Assembly (NCBI GenBank): GCA_002633005.1
Contig: NMRA01000124.1
Location: forward strand, 451,814-515,813
Origin: Phoronis australis
Lineage: Eukaryota > Animalia > Phoronida
DNA: 64,000 nucleotides
Direction: 5' to 3'
The notes beneath the pieces were generated by a model. It ran no database searches, was not told the DNA's origin, and worked only from the letters and a program-made list of their open reading frames with translations. How positions within the stretch are numbered: the first letter of the stretch is position 1; the number at the start of each line of letters is the position of its first letter. Both the position numbers and the translations under genes were made by a program. Positions 47,670 through 59,200 of the stretch are shown here, one piece after another.

Positions 47670-50600
47670 TATGCGCATTATTTCGGACGCATCTTCGCAT
47701 TTTCATATAAACGCAAAACGTTACAAATGACGTGAGGCGCCTTCAGGAGCCGCGTTGATGAACAACTTGCGTGTGCAAAATTAAAACCGGAGTTACGACA
47801 GCCATAGATACCTTTGATAAAACGAGCCCTAATACTATTCACTTGTTTTAAACTTCACTTAACATCACGTCATTATTACTATCAATATACTCTGTAATTA
47901 CACGTCATTGTGGATTTCTCATGTAAAATCGTTACTAAATTACACTAACGCCCTTGAGGAAATCCATTTAGCGATAACTTTAAAGGCCAAACTTCTGCAA
48001 CTCCAAACAAGATACAAGAATGAAAGTAAAATGGCAAGTGCAACGAAAATGGCAACATGTTTTATTGCGAAGTTGCCCTGAAAAGACATTGTACAGGTAC
48101 TGGGTTCTACCTCTTACCCCACTGACATTTCAATCACTATTTTACTCTCTAAGCAAGATTTTCAAATACCGAAGTAAACTCTCAATTGTCTCATTGAATG
48201 CGTGAACGTGGTGTGTGAAAACGCGCTTCACGTGCGTATCTTACAAGTATAATTTTGTTCATACAGTCATAGGTATAGTGAACAAGCCAATGTCACTTGG
48301 TACATTAAACAACGACAAACAAACATTAAAGTGGTCAGCAAACCAGATTGACCAAAAACATTACATTTTTGAAATCTCGAGCGACTTAAAATTGCGCCAA
48401 AGCATCGGGCCTCCCCGAATTTAGCTTCAAATATAAACTCATGAAAAATAGAGTCGTGTCTTATTTTGAGATCTTATCCATCTTACTTAAACAGTATAAG
48501 TTTTGAGAATAAACACTACCGAATGTTTTGGACTGTCCTGACAAAACCGTTTCACATTATTCAAGAAAACATCCGAACATCTCCTTAATCAACAATGCAA
48601 AATGTGTTCAGTACTCGTCACATATCATTGCAGTATAATATTCTCATAAATGATCGCTCTAATTCCCGGTCCACCGAAGAGCAGGAGGTACATCTCCAAG
48701 AGACATTACAAGGATAAAACGACGGCTATATTAGATATGCAAGTACCCCTATTCTTTATTTTAGTAAGATGGGCCAGGGGTCCTTGTTACAAATATGCAA
48801 CACAAAACAAATAGGTAAGATGAAGACACAGCCTGAACACTGCGGCAAGATAAACTAGCATATAAAAACGGCATGTTTAGGTTTTGCTTTCCATTCGCAT
48901 CTTGAAAATAGAGTTGGGAATACTAAATGAATGTACCAAGCTCTCAAGTCTATATAGAAGAGCCATTCCAAGCAAAACTGAACGTCCGTCTCTATGTTAG
49001 GTTGAACACAAGAAGGGCTTATCATCTCATGCCGCGAATGAATTAAATACCTGTCTGCTTCAACGTAATCAAGGAGAGCGGAACGAACTGTTGCTTGATT
49101 TCTTATGTCAAATTTGAGTCAAGTGTCATCTTCGAACAGGATAAACTTAGATACCTGGCGTCTGACTCATGAAAAGAAAACTCAGTCATAAATTCGGCCT
49201 TGCGCTTCACATGAATATTTCTGGAAAACAAATCTCACTTAAACAAAAGTGTAAACTCTGAGAATATATACATACAAGTAATTGCTACGGTACATGATTT
49301 CAATAAATTATGTCTAGACTGTGATGCATTCATAATTATTTGGCTGTTTCAGCAATAGTGAAGTGGGAACATAAAACCAAATTTATGTCTAACGTCTCAG
49401 TCGCTTTCATGAAACACCACAGGCGTGCGAACCTCGCGAGATATCGCCATGCACTACAAGCGAAACACGTGATCGTACTAGCTTACTTCAGCGAGATTCT
49501 AGAGTCAGCAGAACACAGGCTAACAACTGCAACCAAAGGTCTCGAAGAGGTCAAAAACCCTCGGTGTGCAAGCAATTCATTCATTTATAGAAGGGATACG
49601 TCATTATTGGCTTGCAGCCTGGGATCGGTCTCTTATCTGTGTACTCGAAACGAACTCGAAATTATTTTTGGCAATTTCTCTGCTCCTTTTGTGCGAACTC
49701 TAGATAAGTGGTGCTCGAATACATAGTTTAGGCATATGAGTTTCTAGTCCAAGTTTGCATTTGAAGAAACTAATATTCGTGCTACAAACTCGAGTAAAAA
49801 CTCGAAATTTCGAGTTCAAACTCGAACTTATAACCTAAATATTGGGTTTGTCAACTGCAAACTAGGACTGATAAATTATCAACGTAAGTCATTATGTACA
49901 CTGTACTCGAGCATGGAATAATAGACACTTATCTTGAGTTCACACAAAAATAGAGTAGAAAATGCCAAACATAACTTCGATTAAAATGATGAGACACCGA
50001 GCGCTGGACGAGTTACGGTCTTTTCTTTTGACGTTTTATTGTAATTGTTGGCCTTGTCTATTTTTATGCCTACCTGAAGACGAGACATTACCAGCCTCTC
50101 AATATAGCAATCGTTGTAATGTCTCTCGTTTGTGATCTACCCTACTCGTGCTCTTCGACGGACGGCCGATTATGGGCCAGGAGTTTCAACGAGTGCCAAG
50201 AATAAGCATAAATCACAGTTGACCTATTCTGATTTCAATGAAGAACAGACACAAAATACATTGATATCATAAAATTTGACAAATAGTTTTCTGATTCATC
50301 GGAGATCATAACCTATATATGTAGGGTGGCGCTCTCGTCAGTTCCATTTTCTGCCTTTGGCGTCTTCTCGAACTAACCAATGAAAACAGAGAACGTAACT
50401 ACACTACCAGCCAACAGGTGGCCAGGATGACGGATATTCCACAAATCTCAAACTGTAAGGTCAAAGAAAAGGCTGCATTTGTTTCAGTCTCCCGGCGCAT
50501 GCCGAGCTTGAGGGTTTAGCCCACAATATTCGATGCCCAATGATGGTTTCTGGACTACAAGTCCATTGGAGCCCGCTTGTATAAAACTTGTTATCTGGCG

Positions 50601-52275
50601 GATATGGTCTTATACCGCGGATAAGTAACAGACGCGAAGTCTGTCTTTAAATAGCTAATTACACCGTAAAATGTAGTCACCACTTGAAACTCAAGTTTGC
50701 CTAAATTTTGCAATCAAATCTTTACCTGTGATAGTTTCGAGGCATCTTACGAAAATTTATTACCGGGTGCTAACGAACACAGAAAACGTCAGGTGATGAA
50801 AAATTTCAGTAATATATAATGCGGACATATCAATATGTTTCACCCAAATGTTTGGTTACCCACCACATATTATCAACAGTATATCCGTCGTTAAGTTAAT
50901 TGTCTTGACTTGAGAAAAGATATCAAAATTTACTTTCTTTGTGGCGGAAGGGGAAACAGACGAGAGTCGTTTTTTTGGAAAGTGGCCATTTTCAACGGCA
51001 CATTTCTTTAAGGTGTGATAATTGCAAATTCTTGTGAAGAAATGGTGAACAATACATAGTGATTACCTTCAGGTATGTTTTGAAACAAATGTGAGGGTGG
51101 AACATTCCAAATTGCCCAGAAAATCGCGTCTTGCGAAACCGCGAGCAAAGCCAGCACACGTGAATAGTATTGTCATAGCCTTCTCAAGTTTACCAGCATT
51201 GCTACCCCAGTAAGCATTGCTACAGTTTACGAAAACGAAACAAACCGTATCGGCGACTAAGCACTGTTTTTAAAGACAGTTCGAGAACTCAAAATAATAG
51301 GATGAGAGCGTGGAACAAACGTCAAAATACATAACTGCACCGAGGGCGAAGGAACCCGACTACGTCATTAAGGTACAAACCACAATATTTGAGTGGTTCC
51401 CAATAAGGAATTTCGGGTCACTAACTAATCAGGTGTCTTAGCCTACTGACCCGGCAGAACCGGCATTTGCTGGTGAGTGGATCAAATGCAGCCGACGAGT
51501 CATGGGTTGTTGAATCATCATTCTGTGGTTATCGTTGTGGTTTTGTTCTGGAGGTGCCATTTTTCTAAATATCTCTTGCCTGTTTATGTTTTATGCAACT
51601 GTTGGTTTCTTCCGTAAAAATCAGCCTCTATCTTTGTTAGCACCTAATACACAAGAAGACATTTTAGAGTCAATTTTAAATAGTGTTTTGGGGAACAATG
51701 CATAAATACCGGAATCACAAAGTTTCATTTCTAAGATAGGTTTGTTCCAAAGTTAGCCAAGTGCTGAAATGTTTAGGGTTGATCATAACCTCCGAATGTA
51801 ACCACGACAAGAGCCCACATATCAAATGTGTTCAGCCCACAGCAAACCATGGAAGTGAGCGGGTATGCCAACAGGCATCGCATCGTTCTAACATGTCGAA
51901 AAGTAAGAAAATATGCTTAAGGGTACTCCACCTTCATTCACAGTACTAACTTAACAAATGATCTGTTTAGAATAAAAGTCTTTGAACTGAATACTGAAAA
52001 CAATCCGGAAACTTCAGCCCGCTCGGTTAGCGTACAGGTATGGCAAGAATACGCCATTGGAACTTACGCATGCGCACACCTGGTCGGTTTCCCATAAGCT
52101 ACCAAACTAACTAGCGTTAACAAATTTATATACTTGAATGCAATTAACTCAGTTGAATTGTAAGTGACATAAGGTAATGCCAGGTGCACTCACGCGTTGA
52201 CACTCACGCGGTATGCGTAAAAAGAGCATCACTACACAAGTAAATGACATTCTATAAGAACCGTTTCATTCAGCA

Positions 52276-53296
52276 TCACACATCACTAGTCTGAACTGCA
52301 TTCAAATCTAGATCAATACCGTTTGATTTCAAATATTCTTGAAATTCGTAAACACTGTCCTCTTCCCTGTCTAAAGCATGGAAACTTTGGCACGAAAGTT
52401 GGTCGTCTTCTGTAACTGGAGTTGATCTGCAAGAGGAAGTACTGCATTGTTGACCAATAAGAGCCTGCGTAACATTCAGATATCTCTTTGTTGGAATGTC
52501 TACGGAATCGGGCAACGAATTTGAGTAACGGTCGTTGCTAGACTTATCTGTTTGTATATCTGGAACAAGTCCGTTTCTTTTAGGCTTCGGACACTGAATT
52601 TGATTATTGTCCTCAATAGAAGCAAACGATGGAGTGCTGCGCGACGAACATATCTGCGGTGGTGCAAGAAGAGGTGAGGCCTCGTCTTGATCGTTAGCGA
52701 ACGCAGGAAGTCGTTTCACTGGAGCAACAACCCCTCGCTTGTCGTCATCAGGTTCAACGGACTCAAACACGTCACCGTTAGGCGTACAGTTTACTATGCT
52801 AGGAAGAAGGGGTGCGATGTCGTCATCGAAGAGTTTTTCCTTCATCTGTTTGCTATGACGGTCTAAGTTTTGGTCTTTACCAGACGATTCATTTAAAGAC
52901 GACTGGCGATTTTTGTCATATTCAATGAGAAAAAATTCATCACTTGTTCTACTGCTTAAACTCGTTTCACTTCCCAGTGCATTTCTTTTCAAGTCGACGC
53001 TACAGTTACTGCACGCGCTCACTTCCGATCGATTACCTCGCTTTCGAAAAGATGGCAGCAGGAATTTGATTAAATCTTTATCAGTTTGTACAGCAAAGTC
53101 ACGCTTATTTTGAGGTGTCAAGTTACGTGGCAAACGTCCTATGACGTCACCGTTTCGGGCATCAACCATCGGATCCGGCACATGCACTGAATTTTGTCTT
53201 TGGAACTTTACTATTGGAGACACAGGACGCCGCTGTGGTGGGTCAGCCCATTTGCATCGGCGACCGGAAGCAGGGAACTCTGCCGTATTGTTGTAT
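52276..53296 (-). CDS. GRM1/5: mGluR copy B terminal exon (C-tail, ends QTSDV*)
   Basis: ORF 52276-53349; acceptor at 53297-53299. Confidence 0.82.
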
Positions 53297-56200
53297 CTGA
53301 AAAAGGCGAGACAGGCGAGAGAATGATTCATCAAGGTTTCATGGTACAAAACTGAAAATGTCCTACGCGTACATTTGCACGTCTATTAAACAATCTGTCC
53401 GAGGTTGAAAAGGACAATTATCTTGGAATCTCTTCTGACTGTCAGGTTTTCTTCAGCGTCTGTGTTTATTAACTATAGAGTTAAGCAAGCAATGCCACAC
53501 AGCAATTTCTCGAACTACAATTTTCTCAACAAGACTCTCCCCCTTTTAACCACGTTTTCCGTCTTTTGACAATGTGACCATTCACAAGCAGTTTACCCTG
53601 CAATCACCAAGCCACGTTAAATAGATGAACTGTTTTCATCAGCGAGCAGCGACCGCTTGATCATGTAAGCCACATGTGAAGCAGTTAGGGGCCCTGCTGG
53701 AGTAAAGAATGTTTATGACGTCAGCTTCTCTCATTGGTTGTTTTATTTAACGACTGGTGATGAAAAGACTACTCCAAAAGATCGGAATATTTTAAGAAAT
53801 AATGAAAAGTCACCGTCCAAGCGTCTGTGACGTTCATTTTCAATGCATTTTCCAAAGCAGGCTAAACAAGACCTTAGTTCGTATCAGAAATGTGTTAACA
53901 GGTGTGTATATGCACCTGGCACGGTAGCTAATCAGAACAGACTTTACATAAAAAGCAGTTGAACATGCCCCTGTCAATCACTAGAGCTGGGAAGCAGAGC
54001 TATGTCCTTGCATAATATTCATATAGGCAAGTATCACTGAAAATTAATTGCTTTCTAGAGAAATAATTTGTCTACAAACGAACCACGTGACTAAATCTAT
54101 AATTCGTACCTCTACAGCCATGCTATGTCGAACAGTGCCTAGAAACAAATACGCGCTTTGCATGCCTAATATTTACCCATTGTAACTAGACCTAAATTCA
54201 GCGAATGTCACGTGCCTCTGTTCTCGCGGGAAGTTTGCGAGAAGAATTTTTGCTCTGGTTTTCCTGTAACGATTAGTTCTATTGTACAACAAGAGCTGGT
54301 TTGAAAGGCTACGTCCAGTTGACGTCCACACGGTCCTTATGATGTCAGACCTAGTGAACATATGTTGCTCACAGTAATTGGAATATGTCACAAAAAGACC
54401 CGACACCACACTGTATGTTACGACTATGTATCCCAAGTCCATAAGACAAGCACAGATCGTAACTAAGTCACCGCACCAAAGTCGACACAAGCAGATTGAA
54501 AAGAAAGGTTCATCTAAATGCGCATAGGCTTAAGTGAATGAAAAAGTAGATGAAACACGAAGAAATTCCACATCTGGCACGTCTTCGTGATGTCTTAAAG
54601 ATTTAGAGTCACACAAAAGAGCAAAAAGAAAAGAATAAAATTTGAGCCAAAGAAAACTGTTTCACCGATTGTACCCGTTCCATTGTACATGTAGGTCTAA
54701 ATACACGTCACCGACCCATAAACAATCAAAGATGTTTTGATTTACCGTGGATCTCCAAAATCCATCGAGGCACTCCTTCTCGTTTGGGTCCAATTCTCAT
54801 CCTCGTAAAGCAAACTATTGGAACAGGATGAACTAACAATGCAGCGAAAAGCATATAATCTCTTGACAATGGCAATGACGTACATACTGGGAGCCAAATG
54901 CGAAATAATTTTTGTAAATGTGATAAGTAGTGAAACAACCATGACAAGGATTATCACCACTTGTTTAAAGAAGAATACCACCCGATTTAATTAATCATTT
55001 TACCGTCTTAATCGGTCTATATCCACCTAACCTCGTATACGGTAGATCTTACCTCGACGAAAGGTGTCACGTTAACCTGTGTGAAAGGTGAGAAACGACG
55101 CAACGACGTCAGTGGTTCTTCTGTAGCGTGACGCTATGGTGTGGTGTATTGTTCTCGCTTGAGAGAAAGCGGGTATGTCATTTTGTCGATTTCCTCGAGA
55201 ACCAATAATGCTTCGGAAGTGGCACGCGTAGTGAAGAATGAAAAGTACGCGGTTAATACAAAGTATGAGGCCGTGAAACTTCTCCGTGTCTGTCAGTGGC
55301 CTGCATTTCGTGGGATCAGTTGTTGTTCAGTCATTGATTATGGAGAATTGTAGTTGGCCATGAAAACATAAACAATTACAATTAATTCAAGGCGTGAGAG
55401 CATAACGTTTTATATGATGACTGAGTCGTTCGTGAGGTGTCTGTTTGGTTCTCTGGGTGTATGATGTTTTCGCCAGTTCTTTTTCTCAGCCCTAAAAAAC
55501 GCCGTAAGCACACTTCTGTTTAGATGTGGTACAACACCAGGATGGTCCTTGAGACACGTCTGCGCTTCTCCAAGAAGGCGTTTCACTTGCGGAATTTTGT
55601 GGATGCAAACGCAAGTGTCAGTCGTTTCCATTATCGTGCAGTTAGCTCACTGACACCATGACGACTCATTCAAACGGTTTTCGGCACTATCCATATGTTC
55701 CGTTGTCTGTGCACGTTCACGGAGCCTCTCTATCATTTTTGGATCAGTGTATTGCGGTTCGAACTGATAGCCTGAGAAACCTAGCGATCGACCTGCGAAG
55801 TCTTCGCCAGATGAGCACTCGTCTAAGTCGGGATTACGAGTAGAGCCACGTTGACGTTCATTATCGTGCGTTCTGTTTCAAAATGAATTATTATCACCCT
55901 AACCAATGCTAGTATAAAACTGAAACAAAGTCCGTCTCATTTGATACAATTTGTAATGCTTTAGAGTGTTTGTGAGTGCAAATATTTTTAGAACCCAGCA
56001 ATGAATAAACCACTGCGTTACCGGCGTTAGATGCAATAAATTAATTGACCGGGCACCGAGGCCGTGTGAGCGCATTCTAATTAAAGGCGAAGGCAACCTT
56101 TTTTCATGTCATTTTTAGCAAGAATAAGGTTCGTTGATTATCCCAGACATAATTTTCACTTATTCACTGCTTTTCGTAATTCAATTAATTACTCGTCGTC

Positions 56201-59200
56201 TACTCCGGAAGTGACGTTTTGGGAGACAAGAATTTCGCGCCAATTTCTTTTCATATAGTCTGACTGCGAGAGCAGTTGAGTCAGTCATTGTTCTACCTCG
56301 GTTGTAATAAGTTCGGTCGTCGTTTGCTTTTGCTTACCAGCCAGTTAACATGCCACGTTGTTGCTGCGTACTGGGGTGTACTCATTATCGTCTCGCGTAC
56401 AGAGGAAGAACTGTCCCACTTGCCCGAGTGTCCCGCGACACACTCCCACTGAAGGGTGATCTGAGCAACCAAACTGCTTACATCCCGCCGTGTGACTCCC
56501 GTGCTACACACCTGGCACCTTCCAAATAGCACCAATACAAGTCCACAATAAACTTATCAAACTTAAGCTCACTGATCTGCTCATTGGATGACGAACTGTC
56601 CTCTTCACTAGGTGTCGAACTGGGCCTGTATTTACTCCCAATACTCAACATCGCTGCAGGGCTGCTTACAGGTTCTGAGCTAGAGACAACAGCACAGGGC
56701 CAATCATTGCTAGTTCCCGGAATTGCACGCAATGGGGTACGTTCGGAGGCTTCTCGCTTCAAAAACGCACATCTCGGGGTTGGCGACGGGGCACTGCCAA
56801 GAATCAACAGCTACGGTATAGTACCCTTCTTCAGGTGTTGTTTCGCAGGGACCTTCATCAATTCAGCGTACACATCTGTCATAATCTGGCGGCAGAAAAT
56901 GCTTGCCACACACTCGGTAACCCTCCATGGCTTTGTACGGTGCGTGGACAGGTAACGCTGCGTTCTTCACATGAACGATCTAGCCAAGTACGGCGAAGTG
57001 TGTCATCCTTCGGAAAGCGACGCAAGGTACCCAAAGCGCGTGTGCGACGATAATGAGTACATCCCGGCACGCAGCAGCAGCGTGGCATGTTGACTGACTT
57101 GTAAACAAAAGCAAACGACGACCGAACTTATCTCAAACGAGGTAGAACAATGACTGACTCGACAGCTCTCACAGTCAGACTGTAATAAAAAGAAATTGGC
57201 GCGAAACTCTTGCCTCCCAAAACGTCACTTCCGGAGTAGAGGACGAGAAATTAATCAAATTACGAAAAGCTGTAATTAAGTGAAAAATATGTCTGGGATA
57301 ATCAACGAACCTTATTTTTGCTAAAAGTGAAATGAAAAAAGGTTGCCTTCGCCTTTAAGTGTTTGCTGACAGAAAGCTGTTGTGAAACAATAATTCGATT
57401 TTATATCCTATGATCCTTTTGTCCTGATTGCCTGTGGAAGGGTTACCTGACTTCGCGACACCCGATTTGCTAATAAGAATATTTGCAGTTTCGCGGCTAC
57501 TTCACCAAAATTATCACGAACAAATATTTTCTTTGCCTCACTAGTATAGTCTTTTCGTGACTGGAAGTTTAGTTTCCAACTTTGGCTGGTTTATGCTCGT
57601 GATGTCTTCAGTCCGGCCGCGACGGGCCTGATCGGGCTCCGAGCCACTGACCGGGACAGCACGCGTTTTGTGCGTTTAGCACTGAAAAAATCGCAAGTCT
57701 AAAATTACAACACACAGCTATGTTCTCCTGTCTGCATTTCACGGACGAATATTTTGAATTTATCACCAAACAGACCTCAAACTCCCGCGACCGTCCTTGG
57801 TAAATTGGCCTACCGAACTTTGTAGGCTACGGTACGTTCAAATACCTAAAAATCCGCAAGAGCGAAATAAAACAACGCGTTTGTTTAATAACTCGATGTA
57901 TTTGTAAGGGTTTTACATCGAATTTTGGTGATTTATTGGTGTTAAACGATGAATTCAAGCGATAAACTGACATCAGTAAGCGTGCTGTGAAATGCTGGAC
58001 AGACTGAGTTCGAACCTCTGACGTCATTGGTTAATTTCAATACCTCCGTCTGCCGTCAGGTGTCAAGTAAAAGAGCTGTACTTGCTGTCGTCGAGTGGAA
58101 CTACTCGATCTAACAGATACAAACTAGGTTGTTTTGGGGTGGCACTCTCCTTTAAATAGTGTGTACGCAGAATCAAATTTACATGGAGTGACACAAAATC
58201 AATGAAACTTGCACATATTTTACCTTTCGATGCTTTCCAGACTTTTGTCTTTGCTGAGTTGAGAACCTATATGGCATCTAATATCTTTAGAAGTTGTGAA
58301 CGCCGACCTTTGGTTCTTCTCCGGTTTCCAGATGATGATATATACCTTGGGCCAGAAAAGTAGCACCAGAGCAACAGTGGCACAGATACTGATAGCTATG
58401 CACAAAGAAACGACTTTAGAATCGCTCCCGAAGTATATGGGAACGCACGAGACCCATATCACACACGTCGTATACATGGTAAAACCAATGAATTTGGCCT
58501 CGTTAAAGTTTTCTGGCAAGTTTCTTGTTTTTATAGCATAAAATGTACATATTACAATTAGCAGGAAGTCAAATCCCAGCGGTATGGCGAGTCCATAAAT
58601 GTCAGTAATGCAGACCAATTTAACCGACTTTCCATTAATCTCCAAATCAGAGTCTGCTGGTTGATATATAAGTATAGCGGTGAGCAAAATGCACTCTAAT
58701 CCAACTATTATAAAGGTTATTATCACTTGTGCTGAAGCGCTCATGAAGCGTGGTTTTCGAGTCAATATTTTCTTTTTACTTCCGGATAGTATGCGCGAGA
58801 TTCTGTTCGTCTTCGTTGCCAGTGCGCCGTAAATCATCGCAAATGCCAATCCCGGTAAAATGCGCGTGAGGTAGCACGTGAATATTGAAGGCTTCGCAAT
58901 CATCGGAAACGTTGTCAGGTAGGCGATGACAATGCCGAGCAGTATGATGTAACTGAGTTCTCTGGTGGAGGCTTTAACCACTGGTGTATCGTTGTTGCGA
59001 ATGAAGGTGTAGGCGATAAATGCCGTCATAAGAAGGCCGACAACAGTGATAGAGACAGCTACAATAGCCTCAGTGTCCGTCCAAGTGAGGTATTCAATTG
59101 GTATGGGTTCACAGGCTAAAATGGTCAAATTCGACGATTACAAGAGGGAACCTCGGGGAATTTTTATTATAACTGTTTACCTTTTCGAAAAAAAGGAAAT

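Larger units (their letters stand above)
56085..57354. mobile_element. Nested Kolobok-like element (1270 bp) with ~310-bp inverted arms, TTAA TSD
   Basis: ttaa|aggcgaaggcaacc ... ggttgccttcgcct|ttaa; arms 56085-56392 and 57046-57354, about 90% identical by hand count. Confidence 0.92.
54969..58151. mobile_element. Kolobok-like non-autonomous DNA transposon (outer element), TTAA TSD
   Basis: ttaa|agaagaataccaccc ... gggtggcactctcct|ttaa (12/15 TIR match); single TTAA at the paralogous empty site 10031-10034. Confidence 0.85.

Noticed and set aside
56085-57354. piggyBac or P-element classification of the nested element
   Set aside because: Termini are AGG...CCT rather than CCY...RGG (piggyBac), and the TSD is TTAA rather than 8 bp (P element).
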